Part shown: positions 9,176 to 18,870 of the stretch, one piece after another
How the letters are laid out: every line of letters starts with the position of its first letter
Position numbering within the stretch: the stretch's first letter is position 1
Assembly: GCA_963780315.1 (NCBI GenBank)
Contig: CAWABP010000027.1
Location: 481 to 64,480, forward strand
Source of the DNA: Candidatus Acidiferrales bacterium
GTDB taxonomy: Bacteria; Acidobacteriota; Terriglobia; Acidiferrales; UBA7541
Reading direction: 5' to 3'
Length of the DNA: 64,000 bases
Notes under the pieces: model-generated
Seen by the model: only the letters and a program-made list of their open reading frames with translations
Database searches by the model: none
What the model was told of the DNA's origin: nothing
Program-made: the position numbers and the translations under genes

Positions 9176-11314
9176 ATGAACAACAGGGGTGAAAATCGTT
9201 TGTCTGGAACCTCTCGCAAGGTAGGGTTTGTCTTGGTGGCCTTGCTCCTGGTTACCGTGAGCGACCTTGCTGCACAAACAAAATCCTCAACTAAGGAGCC
9301 TTTCCGGCCGGACCAGATGGACACGGTGTTGTATGGCGCGGCCTATTATCCCGAATACATGCCGTACGAGCGCACGGACGAGGATGTTGCGCTGATGAAG
9401 AAGGCCGGCTTCACCGTAGTGCGCATTGGGGAATCCACTTGGGGACTGTGGGAACCGGCAGACGGAAAGTTCGAATACGCGTGGATGGACCGCGTGGTAG
9501 AGAAACTGCATGCGGCGGGAATTCGGGTCATCCTGGGCACGCCAACCTATTCGATACCCGCGTGGATGTACAAGGAGCATCCGGAAATCCTGGTCACGCG
9601 GTTTGGCGGCGAGCAGTCGTACTACGGTATACGCCAGAACACGGACCTGATGAACCCCACGTACCGTTTCTATTGCGAGCGAGTTATCCGGAAGATCCTG
9701 GAGCATTACAAGGATAATCCCGCCATCATCGGCTATCAAATTGACAATGAAACCACCTCCGCCGGCGCAGCGAACCGAGACGTCCAGGAAGGCTTTCGCG
9801 ATTACCTGAAAGCAAAGTTCAAGACCACGGACGAATTGAATCGTGTTTGGGGGCTGAATTATTGGGGACAGCGCCTGAATGACTGGACCGAAGTTCCCGT
9901 GCGCGATGGTATCCGGAATCCTGGCTGGAAACTGGAGTGGGAGCGTTATTCTCAATGGGAAACGACTGATTTTCTGGCATGGCAATCGCGCATTGTGAAC
10001 GAATACAAAAGGCCGGAGCAGTTCGTGACGCACGACTTCGCTGGGCCGCCGCGGCCGGAAGTGAGTGAGATAGACGTTGCGCGCGCCCTGGACATCGCGG
10101 GGGTGAACCCGTATCACGGCACACAGGACGATTACGACGGGGAAGCTTCTTCTCTCATGGGGGACTACACGCGATCGCTGAAGCGCACCAATTACCTGAT
10201 CACGGAAACAAACGCGGAAGCCATTGGTTGGGATTCCAAAGGTCAGTTCCCGCCTTATGACGGCCAGTTGCGCCTGGATGTCTACACGCATGTATCGTCG
10301 GGTGCCAACATGGTTGAGTACTGGCATTGGCATTCGCTGCATTACGGGCAGGAGACTTATTGGAAAGGCATACTCGGTCACGATCTGCAGCCCGGCCGCG
10401 CTTATGAGGAGGTCACACGAACCGCGCAGGAATTGCAGAGAATAGGACCGGAAATCGTGGACCTGCGGCGAAAGAATCCTGTGGCGATTCTGTACAGTCT
10501 CGATTCATACTACGGGGTCCAGTTCATGAAGTTCAGCGATAAACTGGACTACAGAACGCTCCTCTGGCAGATGTACGGAGTGCTTTACCGGGCAAACGTT
10601 GGCGTGGATTTCATCTTTCCGGAAAGCACCAACTTGTCGGAATACAAGGTTGTAGTAGTGCCGCCGCTGTATGTGGCGAGTGATTCGCTATTGGCGCGGC
10701 TGGCGGACTACGTGAAAAATGGCGGGCGAGTGGTAATGGCGTTCAAAAGCGGTTTTTGCAACGAGTACTCAACAGTTCGCTGGGAAACCATGCCGGGACC
10801 TCTGCGGACAGCGGCGGGCTTCCACTATCAGGAGTTCTCCACTTTGAAGACGCCGCTGGCCCTGAAAGACGACCCGTTCCGGGCAGGAAGCGAAAACCAG
10901 GTTTCCGATTGGGCAGAAATGCTTATCCCCGACACGGCAAAACCCCTGGCTTTCTATGACCATCCTTTTTTCGGCAAGTACCCGGCAATTACGCAGAATC
11001 AATTTGGCAAGGGCACTTTGACCTATGAGGGCACGGTATTGAGTGAGAAGTTGCAGTGGGCTGTGTTGCTGGATGTATTGAAGGATGCTGGACTCACTGG
11101 TTCGGATCAGGAGTTGCCAGCCAGCGTGCGGGTGAAGCATGGCCAGAACCGCAGAGGGAAAACGTTGCATTTCTATCTGGACTATTCCAGTTCGCCGCAG
11201 ACATTCAATTATCCTTATGCCGCGGGCACGGAGTTGCTCTCACAATCGATTTTGAGCCACGGACAGGCGCTGACGCTGAAGGCTTGGGACTTAGCGATCG
11301 TGGAAGAAAAATAG
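9176..11314 (+). CDS. GH42-family beta-galactosidase with a predicted signal peptide
   Basis: YYPEYMPYERTDEDVALMKKAGFTVVRIGESTWGLWEPADGKFEYAWMD and GYQIDNETTS are typical GH42 blocks. Internal ATG at 9176 gives MNNRGENRLSGTSRKVGFVLVALLLVTVSDLAAQ. Confidence 0.9.
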   Translation: MNNRGENRLSGTSRKVGFVLVALLLVTVSDLAAQTKSSTKEPFRPDQMDTVLYGAAYYPEYMPYERTDEDVALMKKAGFTVVRIGESTWGLWEPADGKFEYAWMDRVVEKLHAAGIRVILGTPTYSIPAWMYKEHPEILVTRFGGEQSYYGIRQNTDLMNPTYRFYCERVIRKILEHYKDNPAIIGYQIDNETTSAGAANRDVQEGFRDYLKAKFKTTDELNRVWGLNYWGQRLNDWTEVPVRDGIRNPGWKLEWERYSQWETTDFLAWQSRIVNEYKRPEQFVTHDFAGPPRPEVSEIDVARALDIAGVNPYHGTQDDYDGEASSLMGDYTRSLKRTNYLITETNAEAIGWDSKGQFPPYDGQLRLDVYTHVSSGANMVEYWHWHSLHYGQETYWKGILGHDLQPGRAYEEVTRTAQELQRIGPEIVDLRRKNPVAILYSLDSYYGVQFMKFSDKLDYRTLLWQMYGVLYRANVGVDFIFPESTNLSEYKVVVVPPLYVASDSLLARLADYVKNGGRVVMAFKSGFCNEYSTVRWETMPGPLRTAAGFHYQEFSTLKTPLALKDDPFRAGSENQVSDWAEMLIPDTAKPLAFYDHPFFGKYPAITQNQFGKGTLTYEGTVLSEKLQWAVLLDVLKDAGLTGSDQELPASVRVKHGQNRRGKTLHFYLDYSSSPQTFNYPYAAGTELLSQSILSHGQALTLKAWDLAIVEEK

Positions 11315-11357
11315 AGGCCACACAATGGTTTGGAGTTCAGCAAGAATAGAATGCCAA

Positions 11358-13871
11358 ATGAAACGAGCCGGTGCAGTTGCTCTGGCGGCGCTTTTCATCG
11401 GCACCTCGGTTTTAGCACAAACGCCGAAACCTGAAAGCGCGGAAGTCGAGAAGAGAGTTGAAGCACTTCTCAGCAAGCTCACGTTGGAAGAAAAAATCAC
11501 GCTGATTGGCGGGACCGACAGTTTCTACACGCGGCCCATTGCCCGGATAGGGATCCCATCCTTTCGAATGTCGGATGGCCCTCTGGGCGTGCACGATTAC
11601 GGCCCAACCACCGCTTACCCCGGGGGCATCGCACTGGCCGCATCGTGGGACAAAGAGCTATTCAAACGCGTCGGCGTCTCGATGGGGCATGATGCCCGGG
11701 CGCGCGGCGTGAACTTCATCCTTGCGCCAGGAATGAACATTTACCGGGCGCCAACGAACGGGCGAAACTTCGAGTATTTCGGCGAAGATCCCTTCCTGGC
11801 GTCACGAGTGGCCGTTGGCGTAATTGAAGGGATCCAGTCACAAGGTGTGATCGCCACCGCCAAGCATTTCATGGGCAACAATTCGGAATATGGCCGGATG
11901 GATCACAGCTCGGACATGGATGAACGAACTATGCGGGAGATTTACTTGCCTGCATTCGAGGCATCGGTGAAGGAAGGCAAGGTCGGCGCGATCATGGACG
12001 CGTATAACCTGGTGAATGGCGTGTACATGACGCAGAACGGTTTCCTGAACAACGCTATCGCCAAGAAGGAGTGGGGATTTGACGGAATCATGATGTCCGA
12101 CTGGGGAGCTACCCACGATGGCATCGCCGCCGCGAATAACGGTCTTGACCTGGAGATGCCCGCCCCCGACTTCATGAATGCGCAAACACTGCTGCCGGCC
12201 ATCCAGCGGGGAGAGGTCAAGGAAGCCACTGTTGACGATAAGGTTCGACGCATTTTGCGCAAGGCCGTGGAGTTCGGATTCTTTGATCGGTCCCAGACAG
12301 ATGACGGCATTCCACTTCTCAGCCAAGAAGGAAGAAGGGTCGCATTGGAAGAAGCGCGCAGCGGAATGGTCCTGCTGAAAAATGACAATCAATTTTTGCC
12401 GCTGGACAGGAAAAAGCTTAAATCCATTGCAGTGCTTGGCCCCTCGGCGTACCCGGCAGTGCCGGGTGGAGGTGGCAGCGCGCAAACGCAGCCATTCAAT
12501 TCCGTAAGTTATCTGGAGGGAATCAGCAATTATCTCGGGAATGCTGTTCGCGTGCTGTACCGTTCCGAGCCGGCGACTATTGACTCCATCACAAACCACG
12601 CACAATTTGTCACCGTCCCGGGCGGAGCCCCGGGATTGAAGGGGGAGTACTTCAACAACGAAAACCTTGACGGAGAACCAGCGCTGGTGCGCACCGATGC
12701 ACAGGTTCATTTCCGTTGGGGTGATGGAAGCTACGCGGAAGGCCAGCCGGTGGATCATTTTTCCGCGCGCTGGACGGGCTACTACATCCCGGACTCGGAG
12801 GATGATTTTGTTTTCTTTACCTCCACCGATGACGGCGTTCGGCTCTATCTGGACGACGAGCTAATAATTAATGATTGGCAGCGCCACGGAGAGAAACTGA
12901 ATTCCGTGATCCGCCATTTGGCAGGCGGCAAGGCAGTCAAGATCCGATTGGAGTATTTCGAGAATACGGGTGGGGCGACGGCCAGGTTTGACATTGACGT
13001 GGCCACACAAAACATAGGGGAAGAAACGAAAAGTATGGTAACAAAAGCCGATGCCGTAATCCTCTGCGTAGGATTCGACCCGAACACGGAGAGCGAAGGC
13101 GCCGATCGCACCTTCCGGATGCCGGCGGGCCAGGACACCTTCATTCAGCGCATCGCAGCCCTCAACAAGAATACGATTGTGGTAGTGACTTCCGGTGGTG
13201 CTGTAGACATGACTCGCTGGCTGGACGGCGTTCCCGCTCTATTGGAGGCCTGGTATCCGGGACAAGAGGGTGGCACGGCCTTGGCGCAAATTCTGTTTGG
13301 TGAGTACACGCCTTCCGGCAAACTTCCCGCTACATTTGAGCGGCAGCGGGAAGACAATCCGACATTTAACAGCTACTACCCGCAGAAAAAAGATAAGCAT
13401 GTGGAGTATACCGAGGGAATATTCGTTGGCTATCGCGGCTACGAACATGCCGGCGTCAAGCCGCTATTCCCCTTCGGCTACGGGCTTTCTTACACCACCT
13501 TCACTTACAGCGATTTGAAGATCTCGCCGGCAGCCAAGGGCAGCGGGAAGGTCGCGGAAGTTACTTTCTCGGTGAAGAACACCGGCTCACGCGAGGGCGC
13601 GGAAGTTGCTGAAGTTTATGTAGGCGATTCGCATGCGAGCGTTCCGCGGCCACAGAAAGAATTGAAGGGGTTCGCGAAGATTAGCCTTCGGCCCGGGGAG
13701 GCAAAGCTGGTGAAAGTAGTGCTCGAGCGGCGGGCCTTCTCCTTTTACGACGTGAAGCAACACGATTGGAATGCCGAACCCGGTGAGTATTCAATTCTCG
13801 TGGGAAGTTCGTCGGAAGATATCAAACTCCAGGGAAAGTATCTTCTTGCTCCCGGACAGGAGACACGTTAG
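11358..13871 (+). CDS. GH3-family beta-glucosidase/exo-glycosidase with an inserted PA14 domain
   Basis: Signal peptide MKRAGAVALAALFIGTSVLAQ. GH3 blocks (GVIATAKHFMGNN, IMMSDWGATHDG). PA14-like segment GLKGEYFNNENLDGEPALVRTDAQVHFRWG. Confidence 0.9.
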   Translation: MKRAGAVALAALFIGTSVLAQTPKPESAEVEKRVEALLSKLTLEEKITLIGGTDSFYTRPIARIGIPSFRMSDGPLGVHDYGPTTAYPGGIALAASWDKELFKRVGVSMGHDARARGVNFILAPGMNIYRAPTNGRNFEYFGEDPFLASRVAVGVIEGIQSQGVIATAKHFMGNNSEYGRMDHSSDMDERTMREIYLPAFEASVKEGKVGAIMDAYNLVNGVYMTQNGFLNNAIAKKEWGFDGIMMSDWGATHDGIAAANNGLDLEMPAPDFMNAQTLLPAIQRGEVKEATVDDKVRRILRKAVEFGFFDRSQTDDGIPLLSQEGRRVALEEARSGMVLLKNDNQFLPLDRKKLKSIAVLGPSAYPAVPGGGGSAQTQPFNSVSYLEGISNYLGNAVRVLYRSEPATIDSITNHAQFVTVPGGAPGLKGEYFNNENLDGEPALVRTDAQVHFRWGDGSYAEGQPVDHFSARWTGYYIPDSEDDFVFFTSTDDGVRLYLDDELIINDWQRHGEKLNSVIRHLAGGKAVKIRLEYFENTGGATARFDIDVATQNIGEETKSMVTKADAVILCVGFDPNTESEGADRTFRMPAGQDTFIQRIAALNKNTIVVVTSGGAVDMTRWLDGVPALLEAWYPGQEGGTALAQILFGEYTPSGKLPATFERQREDNPTFNSYYPQKKDKHVEYTEGIFVGYRGYEHAGVKPLFPFGYGLSYTTFTYSDLKISPAAKGSGKVAEVTFSVKNTGSREGAEVAEVYVGDSHASVPRPQKELKGFAKISLRPGEAKLVKVVLERRAFSFYDVKQHDWNAEPGEYSILVGSSSEDIKLQGKYLLAPGQETR

Positions 13872-13877
13872 GACCCT

Positions 13878-15581
13878 ATGACACCCGCATTTGCTCTTCT
13901 TGACGTCCAGCGATTGGTGCATCTATCGACCGTTGATCTGGTGATCATCGTCTTTTACTTCGTGTTGGTGTTGGCCATCGGGTTTTACCTGAAGGAGCGT
14001 GCCAACACCGGGGAAGACTTTTTCATGGCAGGAAGGGAAATGACCGCGTGGATCGCGGGGTTGAGTTTCCTTTCCGCCAATCTGGGGTCTTTGGAACTGA
14101 TGGGATGGGCGGGTGCTTCCTATCAATACGGCATCTTGGCGGCGCACTGGTATTGGATCGGCGCGATCCCGGCCATGTTGTTCCTTGCGCTGGTAATGAT
14201 GCCGTTCTACTACATCTCCAAGACGCACTCTGTTCCCGGGTACCTGAAGCTGCGCTTTGGAGAATCCAGCCGCGCACTCTCTTCCGTCTGCTTTGCATTC
14301 ATGACGGTTTTGATGAGCGGGATCAATATGTATTCCATGGCGCTGGTGTTGAAGATCATCCTTGGGTGGAACATCAACGTCAGCATTTGGGTTTCTTCGC
14401 TCACCGTTGCAATCTACGTCACTCTCGGCGGCCTACGCTCCGCGATTTTTAACGAAGTGCTTCAGTTTATTCTAATTTGGGCGGGCGCCCTGTTGATACC
14501 GATCCTCGGTTTGATCGAGGCAGGCGGCTGGACAGGATTGAAGGCGCGCATCGCGGTCAACGCATCCGCGGAATACACGCACATGTGGAGCACGATGGGG
14601 CATTTTAAAGACAACCCGATGGGTATCCACTGGACCGGCATCGTCTTTGGGCTTGCCGCTGTGATTTCCACCGGCTACTGGACCACTGACTTTCTCGTCG
14701 TCCAGCGCGTCCTGGCGGCCAAAGATTTGCGCGCCGCGAAAATGGCTCCGATTATCGGCGCTGCTTTCAAAATGTTTGTGCCATTCATCGTCATTCTTCC
14801 GGGTTTGTTGGGAATCGCGCTTCTTCCCATGAAGCTCATGCCGGAGGCACAGGCAGTTGCGACTGGTGGGCACAGCTACAACGAGGTACTTCCCTTGATG
14901 CTGGCGCGATACTGCGGACCCGGTTTGCTGGGACTTGGTATCACCGCGCTCATTGCCGGCTTCATGTCTGGTATGGCGGGAAATGTCAGCGCTTTCACCA
15001 CCGTCTGGACCTACGACATATACCGCGCCCTTATCAAGAAAGATTCATCCGACAAGCATTACGTCAACATGGGCCGCTGGTCCACTTTGGGTGGCGTGAT
15101 TATTTCGATTGGCACAGCTTATCTGGTGATTCACTTCAAGAGCATCATGGACTACGTCCAGGCGCTGTTCAGTTTCTTCATCGCCCCGCTGTTCGCCACC
15201 GTAATTCTCGGCATGCTCTGGAAACGCGCATCGCCCGCGGGAGGATTCTGGGGCCTGCTGGCGGGCACGGGATCCTCGGTCGGAATGTGGGCCTGGGTGA
15301 AGATGGATCCGACGGCGCTGCGGTATGTGGCGCTTTCACCATATGCCCGCGACATGGCGGAGAACATGTACCGCGCGCTATGGTCTTGCCTGATCTGTGC
15401 CATCGTGACCGTAACGGTCAGTCTGGTCACTACGCCAAAACCGGAAGCTGAATTGAAAGGCCTGGTGTACGGCGCCACGGACATTCCAGCGGAGACTTAC
15501 GTCTCTACATTCCACCGGCCGTGGTTCTGGGCCGTTGTAGTCGGGACGATCTTTGTCGTCCTGAATATCATTTTCTGGTGA
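13878..15581 (+). CDS. Sodium:solute symporter (SSS/SGLT family), probable sugar importer
   Basis: Polytopic membrane protein with an SSS-type N-terminus (DFFMAGREMTAWIAGLSFLSANLGSLELMG). Lies 6 nt after the GH3 gene. Confidence 0.9.
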   Translation: MTPAFALLDVQRLVHLSTVDLVIIVFYFVLVLAIGFYLKERANTGEDFFMAGREMTAWIAGLSFLSANLGSLELMGWAGASYQYGILAAHWYWIGAIPAMLFLALVMMPFYYISKTHSVPGYLKLRFGESSRALSSVCFAFMTVLMSGINMYSMALVLKIILGWNINVSIWVSSLTVAIYVTLGGLRSAIFNEVLQFILIWAGALLIPILGLIEAGGWTGLKARIAVNASAEYTHMWSTMGHFKDNPMGIHWTGIVFGLAAVISTGYWTTDFLVVQRVLAAKDLRAAKMAPIIGAAFKMFVPFIVILPGLLGIALLPMKLMPEAQAVATGGHSYNEVLPLMLARYCGPGLLGLGITALIAGFMSGMAGNVSAFTTVWTYDIYRALIKKDSSDKHYVNMGRWSTLGGVIISIGTAYLVIHFKSIMDYVQALFSFFIAPLFATVILGMLWKRASPAGGFWGLLAGTGSSVGMWAWVKMDPTALRYVALSPYARDMAENMYRALWSCLICAIVTVTVSLVTTPKPEAELKGLVYGATDIPAETYVSTFHRPWFWAVVVGTIFVVLNIIFW

Positions 15582-15587
15582 GGTGTT

Positions 15588-15809
15588 ATGAAAGCTGGCG
15601 GATCCATTTCCATCTGGTTTTTTATCGGTATTTCCCTGTTCGTAAATGGTTTGCTTATTTTCGGGTCGGGAATCTACGAACTTTTCCATCTCCCGCAGGT
15701 GCCCGTCGTGCTCTTTCACTTGCACGCTAGCATCTGGTGGGGAGCGATTCTGGCGCTGCTCGGCGCCGGATACTGCATTTACTTCACGCCTGGAAAGGGA
15801 CGCGGATAG
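15588..15809 (+). CDS. Small (73 aa) two-TM membrane protein of unknown function, tightly coupled to the symporter
   Basis: ATG 6 nt after the symporter stop. Two hydrophobic helices (ISIWFFIGISLFVNGLLIFG and IWWGAILALLGAGYCIYF). I recognise no homology. Confidence 0.5.
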   Translation: MKAGGSISIWFFIGISLFVNGLLIFGSGIYELFHLPQVPVVLFHLHASIWWGAILALLGAGYCIYFTPGKGRG

Positions 15810-15836
15810 CAGAAGCGCAAATTCACGGAGAGCACT

Positions 15837-17255
15837 ATGTCCAATAAGAAAAAGATGACGATGGGAGTAATCGTGGGGAATCGGGGATTTTTTCCCGATC
15901 ATCTGGCAAAGTCTGGGCGGGAAGAAATGATGCGCGTGCTTCAGGGAGCGGGGATGGACGCGGTTGTACTCAGTTCGGAACAGAGCAAGCACGGCGCGGT
16001 GGAAACGTACGAAGAAGCAAAGCGCTGTGCGGAATTGTTTAAATCCAAAGCCGAAGCGATTGACGGCGTAATTGTCACTTTGCCGAACTTTGGCGACGAA
16101 CGTGCCATCGCGGATACGCTGCGGCTGGCTCGACTGGGCGTTCCGGTGCTCATTCAGGCCACGCCTGATACACCCAACAAGATGGCCATAACGCATCGCC
16201 GTGACAGTTTTTGCGGGAAAATGTCCGCTTGCAACAATCTGCGGCAGTACGGGATTCCGTATTCGCTGACAAGCTTGCACACCGAAAGCCCGGATTCCGC
16301 GGAGTTTGCGAAGGACCTGGAATGGTTTGCGGGTGTGTGCCGCGTAGCGAAGGGCCTGCGCAATCTGCGGATTGGCGCAGTGGGTGCGCGGCCGACCGCG
16401 TTCAATACCGTGCGCTATAGCGAGAAACTACTGGAAGCGAGCGGAATTTCCGTGGAGACACTCGATCTCAGCGAAGTTCTGGGACGCGTCGGACGCATGC
16501 CGGATTCTCATGAAGGCGTCGTAAAGAAACTCAAGGCCATTCAAGCGTATGTGACCACCAGCGGCATCCCGCAAGTAGCGCTCATAAAAATGGCCAAGCT
16601 TGGCGCCGTGGTCGACGAGTGGATGAAAGCCGCCAACGTGCAGATCAGCGCGGTGCAATGCTGGACATCGCTCGAGGAGAACCTGGGAATCGTGCCATGC
16701 ACACTGATGAGCATGATGAGCGATTCCCTGCTCTCGAGCGCCTGCGAAGTGGATGTTTGCGGCGTGCTGGGCATGCACGCCTTGCAACTGGCGTCGGAAA
16801 CGCCCAGTGCCTTGCTCGATTGGAACAACAACTACGGGGGCGATCCGAACAAGGCTGTTTGTTTCCACTGCAGCAATCTGCCGAAACACTTCTTCAAAGA
16901 CGTAAAGATGGATTTTCAGGAAATTATCGCCGGCACGGTCGGAAAGGAAAACACGTTCGGAACATGCGTCGGACGTGTAAAAGCCGGCGCCATGAGCTTT
17001 GCGCGGTTTTCGACCGACGACGTAAACGGCAAAATGCGCGGGTATTCGGGCAGCGGACGATTTACAGACGATCCCCTGGAGACGTTTGGCGGGGCGGGTG
17101 TGGTGGAGATTTCCGGATTGCAAAAGCTGTTGCGCTACATCTGCGAGCAAGGTTTCGAACATCATGTCGCAGCGAACTTCTCGACAGTTGCGCCGATGGT
17201 GCATGAAGCCGCCTCGCGATATCTCGGCTGGGAAATGTACGCCCACGAGGCGTAA
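15837..17255 (+). CDS. L-fucose/L-arabinose isomerase-superfamily sugar isomerase; candidate non-canonical L-arabinose isomerase
   Basis: The N-terminus (MGVIVGNRGFFPDHLAKSGREEM..DGVIVTLPNFGDERA) resembles fucose-isomerase-like (COG2407-type) proteins rather than canonical AraA. It lies directly upstream of araB and araD. Confidence 0.7.
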   Translation: MSNKKKMTMGVIVGNRGFFPDHLAKSGREEMMRVLQGAGMDAVVLSSEQSKHGAVETYEEAKRCAELFKSKAEAIDGVIVTLPNFGDERAIADTLRLARLGVPVLIQATPDTPNKMAITHRRDSFCGKMSACNNLRQYGIPYSLTSLHTESPDSAEFAKDLEWFAGVCRVAKGLRNLRIGAVGARPTAFNTVRYSEKLLEASGISVETLDLSEVLGRVGRMPDSHEGVVKKLKAIQAYVTTSGIPQVALIKMAKLGAVVDEWMKAANVQISAVQCWTSLEENLGIVPCTLMSMMSDSLLSSACEVDVCGVLGMHALQLASETPSALLDWNNNYGGDPNKAVCFHCSNLPKHFFKDVKMDFQEIIAGTVGKENTFGTCVGRVKAGAMSFARFSTDDVNGKMRGYSGSGRFTDDPLETFGGAGVVEISGLQKLLRYICEQGFEHHVAANFSTVAPMVHEAASRYLGWEMYAHEA

Positions 17256-17286
17256 TAGCGCAGTCGAACTGAAGAGAGAACTACAC

Positions 17287-18870
17287 ATGGCAATCGTGGC
17301 AGGAGTGGATTTCGGCACGCTCAGCGTACGCGTCACACTGGTGGATACGGCGAGGGGGCGCCTCGGTTCCGGCACCGCGGAGTATCCTCTGCATCGCACG
17401 AAGGACGATCCCGATCACGCAACGCAGAGCCACGAAGACCACATGCGAGCGCTGGCCGAGGCAGTGCACCGCGCCTTGGTGTCGGCGAAAGTCCCGGGCG
17501 ACCAAGTTGCCGCGCTGGCCATCGATACAACCGGGTCCAGCGTTATTCCGGTCGGCGGAAAGCTGGAGCCCCTTAACGAATACTACCTTTGGTGCGATCA
17601 CCGCGGCTGGCGAGAAGCTGCCCTCATCACGGAAACCGCTCACCGCACCGGCCTTGAAGCCATCAATTGGTGCGGTGGGACGTACTCTTCGGAGTGGGGG
17701 TTCTCCAAGCTGCTTCACTGGCTGCGCCACAATCCCGATAAACGCGGCAAATTCGCCAGTGCCTTCGAACATTGCGATATGGTTGCCGCTGTCCTCTGCG
17801 GAATTTCCGATGTGTCGGCGGCTCCACGTTCGATCTGCGCCATGGGTCATAAATGGATGTGGAATGCGTCGTTGGGAGGGTTGCCCCCCGAGGATTTCCT
17901 GGTGGCGGTGGACCCGTTGCTCAAAGGCGTGCGCGCCAAACTCAACGGACGCTACGAAACCAGCGACAAGCTTGCCGGGGGATTGAGCGCCGAATGGTCC
18001 AGGAAGCTTGCTCTAAAGGCCGGAATCCCCATTCCCGTCGGCGCGTTTGATGCTCACTGGGACGCGATCGGCGCCGGCGCGCGGACGGGTGACGTAGTAA
18101 ACGTTGTTGGCACTTCCACCTGCATTATCGCCATGAGCGACGACACCCGGCTTATCCCCGGAGTTTGCGGAGTGGTGCCGGGTTCGGTTCACCCCCAGAA
18201 AACCGGCGTCGAAGCGGGGCTTTCGGCAACCGGAGATATTTTCGATGCGATTGCGCGGCGCGCTGGAAAGCCGGTATCGGAGCTTTCGCAGGGGCTCGAT
18301 AACTTCCGGCCTGGGCAGACCGGCTTGCTCCGCCTGACTTGGGATAACGGTGACCGTACGGTGCTTGTGAATCCGGAACTGGGGGGCGTGACTTTCGGAT
18401 GGAACCTGACACATACCGCTCAAGACGAACTCTTTGCCGCGATCGAAGGAACGGCGTTTCATACTCGCGTGATTCTGGAGCGCATGGAAGAGTATGGCGT
18501 CCCCATACGGCGCATCATCAATGCCGGCGGCATTCCGCAAAAGAATGAAGTGCTAAACCGCATCTACGCCAATGTCCTCAACAAGCCTGTCTTGATTCCA
18601 CAATCCGACGTGACCAGTCTGGGTTCGGCAATTTTTGCGGCGCAGGCCGCGGGTGCCTTTCCAACAATCGAAAAGGCGCAAGACGCCCTGTGCCCCAAGT
18701 ATCGCGTAGTCGAGCCGGAGGCCAAGGCGGCTATGGTGTATGAAGAGATCTATGGGCTTTACCGCGAAATGTATTTTGGATTCGGTAAAAACGAAAGCTC
18801 TCCGGTTGCCGCAGGGCGAATCCTGCCTACGTTGCGGCACATTGCGGCAGCGGTACGAGGAAACGAATGA
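17287..18870 (+). CDS. araB: Ribulokinase (FGGY carbohydrate kinase family)
   Basis: Start MAIVAGVDFGTLSVRVTLVD is a typical FGGY N-terminus. The listed longer ORF (from 17086) overlaps the preceding gene. The stop overlaps the araD start (ATGA). Confidence 0.85.
   Translation: MAIVAGVDFGTLSVRVTLVDTARGRLGSGTAEYPLHRTKDDPDHATQSHEDHMRALAEAVHRALVSAKVPGDQVAALAIDTTGSSVIPVGGKLEPLNEYYLWCDHRGWREAALITETAHRTGLEAINWCGGTYSSEWGFSKLLHWLRHNPDKRGKFASAFEHCDMVAAVLCGISDVSAAPRSICAMGHKWMWNASLGGLPPEDFLVAVDPLLKGVRAKLNGRYETSDKLAGGLSAEWSRKLALKAGIPIPVGAFDAHWDAIGAGARTGDVVNVVGTSTCIIAMSDDTRLIPGVCGVVPGSVHPQKTGVEAGLSATGDIFDAIARRAGKPVSELSQGLDNFRPGQTGLLRLTWDNGDRTVLVNPELGGVTFGWNLTHTAQDELFAAIEGTAFHTRVILERMEEYGVPIRRIINAGGIPQKNEVLNRIYANVLNKPVLIPQSDVTSLGSAIFAAQAAGAFPTIEKAQDALCPKYRVVEPEAKAAMVYEEIYGLYREMYFGFGKNESSPVAAGRILPTLRHIAAAVRGNE

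Noticed and set aside
9287-10381. 364-aa minus-strand ORF, and similar long antisense ORFs at 11838-12758, 15378-16280, 16428-17399, 46638-47411 and 50775-51542
   Set aside because: Each lies opposite a gene with strong family motifs (GH42, GH3, SSS/isomerase, araB, TonB-dependent receptor, yvcK). The translations are Arg/Pro/Ala-rich with no recognisable domains. They are GC-driven shadow frames.
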